The translations under genes were made by a program, and so were the position numbers. 64,000 bases of DNA from a virus: positions 1 to 64,000 of the IMG/VR virus record IMGVR_UViG_3300028920_000065. The stretch is one strand, 5' to 3'. The stretch's first letter is position 1. Each line of letters starts with the position of its first letter. The notes beneath the pieces were generated by a model. That model was given only the letters and a program-made list of their open reading frames with translations, was not told the origin of the DNA and ran no database searches. This document shows, piece after piece, positions 29,883 through 38,960 of this stretch.

Positions 29883-30185
29883 ATGAAAATTAAGGATCAG
29901 GAAAAGGAAAAGGAAAAACATAATTATCCTAAGGATCAAGAATTTGATAATTTTAACAGCAAAAATGTTGGTAACAAAAACAACGACTTGTTTAAAAACA
30001 AAGATGTTGATTTTGAATGTCCGGAATGCGGAAACACAAAATTAAAATTTATAGCCTTAATCCCTGCTGATACTCGACATGACTATTATATCGCAAAGCT
30101 AAAATGTAATAAATGTAAAAAAGAATTTATTGCTACGATTACAGAAACAGAAACAGATGAAAAAGATGAAGAAATGAAAAAATAA
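29883..30185 (+). CDS. Zinc-ribbon protein
   Basis: CPECG...CNKC. Confidence 0.6.
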   Translation: MKIKDQEKEKEKHNYPKDQEFDNFNSKNVGNKNNDLFKNKDVDFECPECGNTKLKFIALIPADTRHDYYIAKLKCNKCKKEFIATITETETDEKDEEMKK

Positions 30186-30194
30186 TTTGTTTGT

Positions 30195-30262
30195 TTAGAG
30201 AATCGAAAATTATTTACCTATATCTTACTATCAAAAAACTATAAAAATTGCTCAGAGAACCT
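30195..30262. repeat. Dispersed intergenic element, copy 2
   Basis: TTACCTATATCTTACTATCAAAAAACTATAAAAATTGCTCAGAG; matches reverse complement of the ~45-kb copy. Confidence 0.6.
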
Positions 30263-30279
30263 CATATTTGCTAAAAAGA

Positions 30280-30969
30280 CTATCCAAATAACCATTCAGG
30301 TTCTTCAGAATACTTATTTTCTACCTCTTCATATACTTGTTCAATAATTTGTTCACCTTCCTCTTTTATTTCTTGCCAATTTATTGCCCTACCACCAAGT
30401 ATTTCTGATGAAAATTTATTCAAATTTCTACCCCATTGTATAAGTGTATGACCAAGAACAAGTTTTTGGAATGTATGATTTTCATAAATTAATTCTGGAT
30501 TGTCATATGTTTCATTTACAAATACATCAAGATAAATTTTTGTTTGATCTTCTAAATTTTTTAGACTGAAAACATTAGTTGTTGGATTATAATTAAAATC
30601 AAAATAAAATCCTGTAGATATTTGAAGTTGAGAAAAATAAGCATTTGAATAACTGTAAGATATAAGATCATCTGCAAAACTAACTTCTCTTTCATATACA
30701 TATTTTCTTCTTGAAATTGGAAATCCAATAGATTCTGGATAATAACCTACTACATATAATATATTTGAATCCAATGTATATTCATAAGTATTTGCTGTAA
30801 GAGATAATTCATATATATCTGGTCTAGTTCCATCATCATGATTTTCTGCAAACCATTTTAATGCTCTTGGAACAATAATACTTTGAAATTGTGTTTCTGA
30901 TACATTTATTCTTCTGTATTCTGAACCAGCCTCTTGAAAGATTAGTGTTTGTAATGCTGAAATATTCAT
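30280..30969 (-). CDS. 13: Neck protein gp13-like
   Basis: INVSETQ...RALKWFAENHDDG; QWGRNLNKF...GGRAINWQEIKEEG; late promoter at 30992-31005. Confidence 0.85.
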   Translation of the reverse strand: MNISALQTLIFQEAGSEYRRINVSETQFQSIIVPRALKWFAENHDDGTRPDIYELSLTANTYEYTLDSNILYVVGYYPESIGFPISRRKYVYEREVSFADDLISYSYSNAYFSQLQISTGFYFDFNYNPTTNVFSLKNLEDQTKIYLDVFVNETYDNPELIYENHTFQKLVLGHTLIQWGRNLNKFSSEILGGRAINWQEIKEEGEQIIEQVYEEVENKYSEEPEWLFG

Positions 30970-31019
30970 ATCATTTTCTCCTTGTAATATTATCAATATT
31001 ATTTATTTAATGAAGGAGA

Positions 31020-31280
31020 AAAACTTGTTTTTCGACTGAATGGACTGAATGCTAATAATATATGATTCTATAAAAAAATCAAAATGCACACTTCTCCTTT
31101 TTACTTATCTTTTTTGAATATATATTTTTTTATATATTTTTTAAGATTCTTTTCAATTTTTTTTCTTTTTTTTTGATTAATTTTTTAATTGAAATTTAAT
31201 CGACATAGTATTATCTTAATCAAAATTCTAAAACATAAATGAAATAAGTTTCTACAAGAGAAATTAGATAAAAAATTGAA
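31020..31280. other. Extremely AT-rich non-coding region, candidate replication origin
   Basis: GACTGAATG x2 at 31034-31051 followed by ~100 bp of mostly T-runs; no ORF. Confidence 0.35.
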
Positions 31281-31283
31281 AAA

Positions 31284-33443
31284 TTATCTAATATTCCCGA
31301 GTCCTTTTTTCAAAGAAGTAACAAATTTATTTTCTTTACTTCTTGTTTTGAATTTAGTTAGATCATATATTTCTTCAGCAACTTCTTTTTTGGATTCAAT
31401 TTCACAGACTATTTCATCCAATAATTCATAATTCTCTTTTTCTAAATCTGTAGATACATCAAAATCATCAAGAATTGATATTAGAATTTTATTATCCATT
31501 TTACAACAAATTTCATCTTCCAAATCTTTTATTCCTGTAATTGGTTCGTATTGATTAATTCTAATAAATCTTATCAATTCTTCTCTACTTAAAAATTCTT
31601 TTTTTCTTAGTGTTTCTTTCATAAAATCTTTGATATTTGTTTTTCTTCTTTCTCTATCTCTTTTTGCTTCTTCTAAAATTCTTTTTGTTGTCCTAATTCC
31701 TTCTATTTCTTCTTTTAATTGTTTTAACATTTGTTTTTGATGATTTGACATTTTTTCATACTTAAATATCTTTTGTTTTTCTTTTTCAAAATCAACATTT
31801 TCATCTTTTAAACATGTTTCTTTTAATTTTAATTTTCTTGTTGTAAAAAGAATTGGATTCATTTCTCTTTTTTTATCAAATTCTGATTCTATGATGTCTA
31901 CATACTTAAAAACTAAATCACTATCTAGAAAAATGTAACGATTGAAATCTTCACGAAAAATGGGAGATCTGAATGCCTGGTCAGTTCCTAAAATTTCAAG
32001 AAGTTTTCTACTAAATAATTTTACATTTTCAGTTTGTGGAAGAATTGACAATCTTTTTAAAATAGATCTTTTCATATCCTTCCAACAATAAACCGTTTGA
32101 TGTTTTTCCATCATTGATTTATAGAGTTTTTGAGTTTTTTCTGTGAATTCACCAAATGTTGCTGAATTACATATGTCTAAAACAATCTCAGACTGGGCAA
32201 GCCGATCAAGAGTCACGGAATCGTGTGATTTATGGTTGCTGTACTTGAGATTATCATTATCTATATATTCTAGTGTTTTCTCTACACATTCCCTTTTTAT
32301 TTTATTTTTTTCTTTCTTTTGTTCTTTGATGTATTTATTTGTTTTTGTTTCCTGAATTCCTGTTGCATAAATATTTTGAAAATGTGATGTCTTTTGATTT
32401 ACAAAATCTTTTTTAGTTTTATAAATTTCTCTTTTATTATTAATACAGGAATTAATCATATCTGATTTAAGATTTTCAGGAAATGTTTCATAAAAATGAT
32501 TTTCTGTAAAATTGCTACTGTTTAAATCATGATATGTATTTTTGAAAACTTTACTCAATCCATTTTCACCAAAAAATGATTGTAATTTATCATCTACAGA
32601 GGAATTGAATTCAGTAAAATATTCAGGTGTTATAAAATTTTTATTTGTATAGATGAACATTCGTAAATAAAACATCATCCACCAATCAATTTTCACGTTA
32701 TGATCATTAAGAAATTTTTTACAAATTTTAACATCATGAATTTGATTTCCTCGAATAATAGAATTTTTTGTTTTTGTTAAAAATTGTTTATGAAGTTCAT
32801 AACCATTTTTTTCAAACCAAGATGCCCTATCTGAATATGTTCTTATTTGAATTCCTAGTTTTTTTGCTGCTTTTTTAGCATCATATTTACTCATGCCAAA
32901 CATGATTTCAAGTTGTTTATACGTAAAACAAATTCTTTCTGATGCTATAGCAAAAAGGGATAATAATATCATTGGAATAAAATCCCAATCACATAATTTA
33001 ATATTTTTTTGATCGAATGGTATTTCTATAAAAGGTGGAAGGGAGTAGGATAATTTTGACCATTTTATTCCACTTCTACCATTATATTGATAGTATTCTG
33101 TTCCATTTTCTTCCATCTTATTGAATAAATGAATATTTGATTGGTGAATAGAATTATATGGTTGAACAAGAATATCCAGATGGTTTTCTAATTTTTTTAA
33201 TCTTTTTTTATGATTTGTTTTTTTGAAATCATAATCATGACCATATATTAATTTATAGAAATTGATTGATGTAAGTTTTGCATATCTTTTTTGATCACGT
33301 CCTTTATAGTTTGGATTTATGATCGATGATACAACAAATATTTTCCAAAGGAGTTTTTTGCTAATGTTATTTTCATTTTTAACATTAGTTGCACGTTTGA
33401 AAAACATTGCTTCTGCTAATGGTCTGATTGATGTTAGACGCAT
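31284..33443 (-). CDS. Large hypothetical DNA-binding protein (possible replication initiator)
   Basis: 719 aa, basic; HTH-like FTYKQLEIMFGMSKYDAKKAAKKLG; own early promoter at 33472-33499. Confidence 0.5.
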   Translation of the reverse strand: MRLTSIRPLAEAMFFKRATNVKNENNISKKLLWKIFVVSSIINPNYKGRDQKRYAKLTSINFYKLIYGHDYDFKKTNHKKRLKKLENHLDILVQPYNSIHQSNIHLFNKMEENGTEYYQYNGRSGIKWSKLSYSLPPFIEIPFDQKNIKLCDWDFIPMILLSLFAIASERICFTYKQLEIMFGMSKYDAKKAAKKLGIQIRTYSDRASWFEKNGYELHKQFLTKTKNSIIRGNQIHDVKICKKFLNDHNVKIDWWMMFYLRMFIYTNKNFITPEYFTEFNSSVDDKLQSFFGENGLSKVFKNTYHDLNSSNFTENHFYETFPENLKSDMINSCINNKREIYKTKKDFVNQKTSHFQNIYATGIQETKTNKYIKEQKKEKNKIKRECVEKTLEYIDNDNLKYSNHKSHDSVTLDRLAQSEIVLDICNSATFGEFTEKTQKLYKSMMEKHQTVYCWKDMKRSILKRLSILPQTENVKLFSRKLLEILGTDQAFRSPIFREDFNRYIFLDSDLVFKYVDIIESEFDKKREMNPILFTTRKLKLKETCLKDENVDFEKEKQKIFKYEKMSNHQKQMLKQLKEEIEGIRTTKRILEEAKRDRERRKTNIKDFMKETLRKKEFLSREELIRFIRINQYEPITGIKDLEDEICCKMDNKILISILDDFDVSTDLEKENYELLDEIVCEIESKKEVAEEIYDLTKFKTRSKENKFVTSLKKGLGNIR

Positions 33444-33653
33444 TATTCTCCCTAAAAAATAATTCTATTAGATTTTATACATTCTTTTGAGAAAGTCAAG
33501 AGTTTTTTCTCCAAAAATCTTTTTCACAATATTATTTATAACATGAAAATTTTCTTATTTATTTTATCAACAGAATATCGCATTAATTGGTTTACTCTTC
33601 TTCCTCTTCTTTTGAAAGTTTTTTAGTATTTTCATTATAATGTTTTAAAGGAA

Positions 33654-33911
33654 ATGTTCAATCAAGAATCTGTTCTTTTTAAATATCCTGATTCAGATGG
33701 AGACGCTGTTTTGATTTATGCATCAAGAGAAGAGAGAATTGGTTCTAATGTTGGATATGATAAGATCTCATTTGTATATAGTAAAATTAGAAAAGGATCA
33801 CATCAAGGAAAATCATTTGTCATAGAATGTGTTTGCGAACCAAGTAATCATATTTCTGCTATGGGATTTCAATCACAAGGAATTTTTTTTAAAAAACTAT
33901 TGACTTTTTAA
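33654..33911 (+). CDS. Hypothetical protein
   Basis: 85-aa ORF with AAGGA RBS. Confidence 0.5.
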   Translation: MFNQESVLFKYPDSDGDAVLIYASREERIGSNVGYDKISFVYSKIRKGSHQGKSFVIECVCEPSNHISAMGFQSQGIFFKKLLTF

Positions 33912-33929
33912 AAAAATCTTGTATAAAAT
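33900..33929 (+). promoter_or_regulatory. Early/middle-type promoter for DNA-modification island
   Basis: TTGACTTTTTAAAAAAATCTTGTATAAAAT. Confidence 0.75.
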
Positions 33930-33943
33930 TATTATGAACGATT

Positions 33944-34384
33944 TTGGAGAAAATTATGTTATATTTTGATATAGATGGAGTAATAAGAAATTTACAAAAA
34001 TCATTAAAAATTGATTTAGAAAATTGGAATGATTTTAATGAATTTCATTATGATAAAATAAAAAATGATCCAAAAAGGCATCTTGAAAATGCTCCATATT
34101 ATGAAAATATGAGAAAGATCATAAATTCTTATGATCAAAAATATTTTATTACATGCTCTTCTGAAAGATTTAAAGATTATACAGAAAATTTTCTTAAACG
34201 TATATTTAATAATTTTTTAGTTATATATGTTGAAAATCCAGAAAGCAAATTATCCTATCTTGGAAGTGATGATTATCTAGTTGATGATTATCCTTTTTAT
34301 AGAGATAAGAGAGTTATTTTAGTTGAAAGAAAATATAATAAAGATTATGTCAAAAATTATGAAATAGTTTGGAGATTAAATTAA
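33944..34384 (+). CDS. HAD-family 5'(3')-deoxyribonucleotidase-like
   Basis: FDIDGV motif I, IT, K, LVDDYP motif IV, RKYN. Confidence 0.75.
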   Translation: MEKIMLYFDIDGVIRNLQKSLKIDLENWNDFNEFHYDKIKNDPKRHLENAPYYENMRKIINSYDQKYFITCSSERFKDYTENFLKRIFNNFLVIYVENPESKLSYLGSDDYLVDDYPFYRDKRVILVERKYNKDYVKNYEIVWRLN

Positions 34385-34395
34385 AAGGAGTTTAT

Positions 34396-35331
34396 ATGGT
34401 AAAATGTATTGACCAGAAAATTTTTAAAAATGCTGCTGTTTATTGTGGAGATTCGATAGAACTTATTAAAAAAATTCCAAATAATTCAGTTGATTATTCT
34501 ATTTTTTCACCACCATTTCCCGAATTGTATTCATATTCAAATCTAATTAATGATATGGGAAATTCAAAAAATTATGATGAATTTTTTGAACATTTTGATT
34601 ATTTGATAAAAGATTTGAATAGAATAATAAAACCTGGAAGACTTGTTTCCATGCATTGTATGGATATTCCTGCAATGAAATCAAGAGATGGATATATTGG
34701 CTTGAAAGATTTTTCTGGAGATTTAATAAGACATTTTCAAGATGCTGGTTTTATTTATCATTCAAGGACAACAATATGGAAAGATCCATTGATTGAAGCT
34801 GTTCGTACACGGGCAATTGGATTGGCTTATAAACAATTAAAAAAAGATTCATCTATTTGTAGGACTGGAATTCCTGATTATATTATTACGATGAGAAAAA
34901 AAGGAAATAATCCCGAGCCAATTGAAAATAAAGATGGACTTGGAAAATTTATTGGAGAAGAGGATAAGGAACCTACTTCAAAAAATTTAAAATATAATCA
35001 TCATGTTTGGCAAAAATATGCTTCTCCTGTTTGGATGGATATTAGACAAATGAGAACATTAAATTATAGAGCTGCTAAAGATGAAAATGATACTAAACAT
35101 GTATGTCCTCTACAATTAGATGCTATTGAAAGGTGTTTAAGTTTATGGACTAATGAGAATGATATTGTTTTTACTCCTTTTATGGGAGTTGGATCTGAGG
35201 TATATTCTGCTTTGGAAATGAATAGAAGAGCAATAGGAATAGAATTGAAGAAAAGTTATTTTGATCAAGCAATAAAAAATATTTCAAGATTTACAATTGA
35301 AGAAGGTAATAATAATTTTAAATTATTTTGA
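34396..35331 (+). CDS. DNA methyltransferase, beta class (N4-C/N6-A)
   Basis: FSPPF catalytic motif N-terminal; HVCPLQ; TPFMGVGSE SAM motif; GIELK. Confidence 0.9.
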   Translation: MVKCIDQKIFKNAAVYCGDSIELIKKIPNNSVDYSIFSPPFPELYSYSNLINDMGNSKNYDEFFEHFDYLIKDLNRIIKPGRLVSMHCMDIPAMKSRDGYIGLKDFSGDLIRHFQDAGFIYHSRTTIWKDPLIEAVRTRAIGLAYKQLKKDSSICRTGIPDYIITMRKKGNNPEPIENKDGLGKFIGEEDKEPTSKNLKYNHHVWQKYASPVWMDIRQMRTLNYRAAKDENDTKHVCPLQLDAIERCLSLWTNENDIVFTPFMGVGSEVYSALEMNRRAIGIELKKSYFDQAIKNISRFTIEEGNNNFKLF

Positions 35332-35337
35332 GGTAAT

Positions 35338-36735
35338 ATGTCATATAAAGAATTTTTGGATACAAAAGTATTAAAACATAAAGAGTATGGGTTTAAAATT
35401 GAAAGAAACGAAATAAATGATATTTGTTTTGAATATCAGAAGGATATTATTAAATGGTCCTTATTGAAAGGAAAATGTGCTGTATTTGCTGATACTGGTT
35501 TAGGAAAAACTATTATACAAATAGAAATTGCAAGAATTATACATCAAACAACTGGAAAAAATATTATAATACTTGCACCACTAGCTGTTTCAGAGCAAAC
35601 AATATTAGAAGGTAAAGAAAAACTTGGAATTAATATTAATAATTTAAGAAATGGATTTAGACCTGGAATCAATATTACTAATTATGAGCAAATACATAAT
35701 ATAAATGATAAAGATTATGATTGTGTTATTCTTGATGAAAGTTCAATATTGAAAAATTTTTCAGGGAAAATGAGAAATAAAATTATTGATAAATTTGAAA
35801 ATTATGATTTCAAATTTTGTTTTTCAGCAACCCCAGCACCAAATGATTTCATGGAATTGGGATCACATTCTGAATTTTTAAATATATTAAAAAGTGATGT
35901 TATGTTAAGTATGTTTTTTACAAATGATTTGGGTGATTTTGGAAAATGGGTTTTAAGGGGACATGGAAAGGAAGCATTCTGGAAATGGATATCATCTTGG
36001 GCATGTATTTTAAAACATCCTGAAAATCTTGGTTATTATGATGATAGATTTAATTTGCCAAAATTACATATTCATGAGCATATTGTTGATTTGAGTGAAT
36101 CAGAAATGAATTTGATTAAAGTAGGATTATTAAAAATAGATTCTAAAAAAACTTTAACTGAAAGAAGAAATGCACGTAAAAATAGTATTGAATTGAGAAC
36201 TGATTATACTTCAGAAAAAGTTAATTCTTCTGATGATTATTGTTTAATTTGGTGTGGTCTTAATGAAGAATCTTCACAACTTAGTAAAAAAATTATAGAT
36301 GCTTATGAAATAAATGGATCACATTCTACTGAATATAAGGCTGAAACAATGCTAAAATTTTCTAATGGTGAAATTAGATGTATTGTGACAAAACCTTCCA
36401 TAGCTGGATTTGGTATGAATTGGCAACATTGTAATGAAATGTATTTTGTTGGACTTGATGATTCTTTTGAAAAATATTATCAGGCAATAAGAAGATGTTG
36501 GAGATTTGGACAAAAAAGAGATGTCAATGTTCATATTATAATTTCTAAAGAAGAAGGAACAGTTTTAAAAAATATTAAAAGGAAAGAAAAACAGGCACAA
36601 GAAATGGCAAGAAAAATGATTAAATATAGTTCCCAATATGTAAAGGAAAGTATATTCAAACTAAATTTTTATGATGAATTTTATAATCCAACAAAAGATG
36701 TTAAAATACCTGATTTTTTAAAGGAGATAAAATGA
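35338..36735 (+). CDS. SNF2/DEAD-like SF2 helicase
   Basis: DTGLGKT, LDESS, SATPAPND, GFGMNWQ, QAIRRCWRFGQ. Confidence 0.9.
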   Translation: MSYKEFLDTKVLKHKEYGFKIERNEINDICFEYQKDIIKWSLLKGKCAVFADTGLGKTIIQIEIARIIHQTTGKNIIILAPLAVSEQTILEGKEKLGININNLRNGFRPGINITNYEQIHNINDKDYDCVILDESSILKNFSGKMRNKIIDKFENYDFKFCFSATPAPNDFMELGSHSEFLNILKSDVMLSMFFTNDLGDFGKWVLRGHGKEAFWKWISSWACILKHPENLGYYDDRFNLPKLHIHEHIVDLSESEMNLIKVGLLKIDSKKTLTERRNARKNSIELRTDYTSEKVNSSDDYCLIWCGLNEESSQLSKKIIDAYEINGSHSTEYKAETMLKFSNGEIRCIVTKPSIAGFGMNWQHCNEMYFVGLDDSFEKYYQAIRRCWRFGQKRDVNVHIIISKEEGTVLKNIKRKEKQAQEMARKMIKYSSQYVKESIFKLNFYDEFYNPTKDVKIPDFLKEIK

Positions 36736-37283
36736 AAATATATGCATTTATTGGAGTAGTGGGCTCAGGAAAAGATTTTTATACTAATCAAAAAATAACA
36801 GAATTAACTAAACTTGGTTATAGATGTAAACATATGAATTTTGCTGATACTGTACGCAATGAGATTTGGCATATATTTGGGTTTAAACCTAAAGATGATG
36901 CTGAGTATGATCTTTTTAAAAAAACGTCCATAGAAGTTAATTTGAATCGTCACAATAATCCAATTATAACCGGAAGAGAATTTATGGAGAGATTTGGAAC
37001 TGATTTTGTTAGAAAATACGATAAAGAATTTTGGATTAAAGCATGGGCAAAAAAAGTAAAAGAAATAGAAAATGATTATGATGTTATTTTAATATCAGAT
37101 TGTAGATATGATAATGAAGTAAAATATCTTTTAGAAAATTTTAATGCTACTTTTATGTATTGTAATTATATTTCTGATAGATATGAAATTAGAGAAACAA
37201 AACCAGAAAAATTTGCACAAAGATTTCTTAATTTAGATGATAAAACAGATATAACACAAAAATTGAAGGAGATTTTAATATGA
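36732..37283 (+). CDS. dNMP kinase (T4 gp1-like)
   Basis: GVVGSGKD, NFAD, GREFMERFGTDFVR, ISDCRYDNE. Confidence 0.85.
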   Translation: MKIYAFIGVVGSGKDFYTNQKITELTKLGYRCKHMNFADTVRNEIWHIFGFKPKDDAEYDLFKKTSIEVNLNRHNNPIITGREFMERFGTDFVRKYDKEFWIKAWAKKVKEIENDYDVILISDCRYDNEVKYLLENFNATFMYCNYISDRYEIRETKPEKFAQRFLNLDDKTDITQKLKEILI

Positions 37284-37669
37284 TTATTTGGAAAGAATTT
37301 ACTTTTGATGCCGCTCATCAATTAAAAAATACAAATGATTGTGATTATGGTAAATGTTCAAATGTTCATGGACATACATATAAATTACAAGTAGGAGTTG
37401 AGGGATTTATTGATAGTAATACACATATGATTATGAATTTTGTCGATCTTAAAAAAATAGTAAATGAAGAAATTATTGATAAATTAGATCACACATTTTT
37501 AAATGAAAGTATGCTAGATTTTAATTTAGATTCTAATCATACAACATGTGAAAGAATGATTATGGTATTTAAAATAATTCTTGAAAAAACTATTTTAAAA
37601 TTATATCCAAATGTCCATAAAATTAGAATCAAATTATGGGAAACACCAACGTCTTATTGTGAAATATAA
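37280..37669 (+). CDS. queD: 6-carboxytetrahydropterin synthase QueD
   Basis: KEFTFDAAH, GKCSNVHGHTY, LDHTFLN, TTCE, LWETP. Confidence 0.92.
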   Translation: MIIWKEFTFDAAHQLKNTNDCDYGKCSNVHGHTYKLQVGVEGFIDSNTHMIMNFVDLKKIVNEEIIDKLDHTFLNESMLDFNLDSNHTTCERMIMVFKIILEKTILKLYPNVHKIRIKLWETPTSYCEI

Positions 37670-37701
37670 ATAAAATTAATGAATGTTTATAAGGAGAAGT
37701 T

Positions 37702-37848
37702 ATGAGAATATCATCAATATTTAAATCTATTCAGGGTGAAGGACCTAATTGTGGAAGAAATACATTATTTATTCGAGTTTTTACAGATAGATGTTTTCCA
37801 AATTATAAAAGATGTATCACATGCATTGGCTCAAAAGATTGGAGCTGA
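37702..37848 (+). pseudogene. queE: Truncated QueE (N-terminal 48 codons)
   Basis: AAGGAG RBS; [25 protein letters not shown] is the QueE N-terminus; stops at 37848. Confidence 0.8.
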
Positions 37849-38170
37849 CCATTTAGTGACTGGAGTTTGTGAAACAGATTATTCTGGATACCCAGATTGT
37901 AGACATGAATTCATATCTTCAATTCAAAAAACTACGAATCTTGGATCAGAACAGAATATCACAATACATACTCCTCTTATGCTTTTAAATAAAGCAGAAA
38001 CTTTTAATTTAGCGGAACACGAGGGAATATTGGATATTATTATTAATAATTCTCATACTTGTTATAATGGTTCATCTAAATCCAATGAATGGGGTTATGG
38101 ATGTGGAGAGTGTCCATCTTGCAAATTAAGAGAGAAAGGATATATAGAATATAAAGAAAGATATAAATAA
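37812..38170 (+). pseudogene. queC: QueC C-terminal half lacking the N-terminal ATP-binding region
   Basis: HALAQKIGA...[42 protein letters not shown]; no SGGxDS motif upstream. Confidence 0.85.
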
Positions 38171-38204
38171 TAATGATAACAACAAAAAAGAGGTTATTAT
38201 TATT

Positions 38205-38477
38205 ATGAGCAAAAAAGTCGATGAACAAATGACAACAGGAGATGTTCAAACATATGAACTTCCATTGGCGGGAGATATGATGTATAGAAATAGTCCTTGT
38301 TTTAAGATTTCAAAAAAAGAACTACGAAACATGATACACAAAAATATTCTTCCAGAAAGAGTTGAAAAATTTTTAGGTTCAAACTCTGGCGATGTATATG
38401 TTAAGCATGAAAATGGTATTGTTTTTAATGCAAGAAAATTTAAATCTATAAAGGAGAAAAAGAATGGCAAGAGGTAG
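38205..38477 (+). CDS. Small late protein, possibly internal head protein
   Basis: Late motif TAAATAATAATGAT at 38164; N-terminal VDE-QMTTGDV. Confidence 0.55.
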   Translation: MSKKVDEQMTTGDVQTYELPLAGDMMYRNSPCFKISKKELRNMIHKNILPERVEKFLGSNSGDVYVKHENGIVFNARKFKSIKEKKNGKR

Positions 38478-38940
38478 AAAAAGTAAAAAAGCAAAAGAAG
38501 CTGAAGAACTTAAAAAGATTGAAGCTGAAGAACTTAAAGAGGATAAAGAAAAAGAAGAAGAAATAATTGAAGAACTTAAAGAGGATAAAGAAAAAGAAGA
38601 AGAAATAATTGAAGAACTTAAAGAAGAAGAAGAGAAACTGGAAAAATCTGAACCTGAAATAATTGAAGAAGATAAAAATGAGATTGAATTTGGTCGTGTT
38701 GGTGATCGGATTTCTAAAGAAGATAGAAAAATAGTTCAAGAAAATCTTCCTAAAAAGAAAAAAGAAGAATCAAAAGGTGATAAGAAAAGATATTCCTTTA
38801 TTCTTCATACTCCAAACGGTTCAAAAGTTCCTATCAAATTTCCTGGTGGTAAAGTTATATTTATCAAAAAAGGACAGGTTGTTGAATTATCTAATGATGA
38901 ATATAAAAGATATATTCAGTGGTTTAAACCTGTTAAATAA
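38464..38940 (+). CDS. Acidic/lysine-rich low-complexity protein
   Basis: 158 aa with internal 14-aa repeats. Confidence 0.65.
   Translation: MARGRKSKKAKEAEELKKIEAEELKEDKEKEEEIIEELKEDKEKEEEIIEELKEEEEKLEKSEPEIIEEDKNEIEFGRVGDRISKEDRKIVQENLPKKKKEESKGDKKRYSFILHTPNGSKVPIKFPGGKVIFIKKGQVVELSNDEYKRYIQWFKPVK
38527..38624 (+). repeat. 42-bp in-frame tandem repeat (2 copies plus partial)
   Basis: GAAGAACTTAAAGAGGATAAAGAAAAAGAAGAAGAAATAATT. Confidence 0.9.
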
Positions 38941-38960
38941 TAATATATGGATGAAAGATT

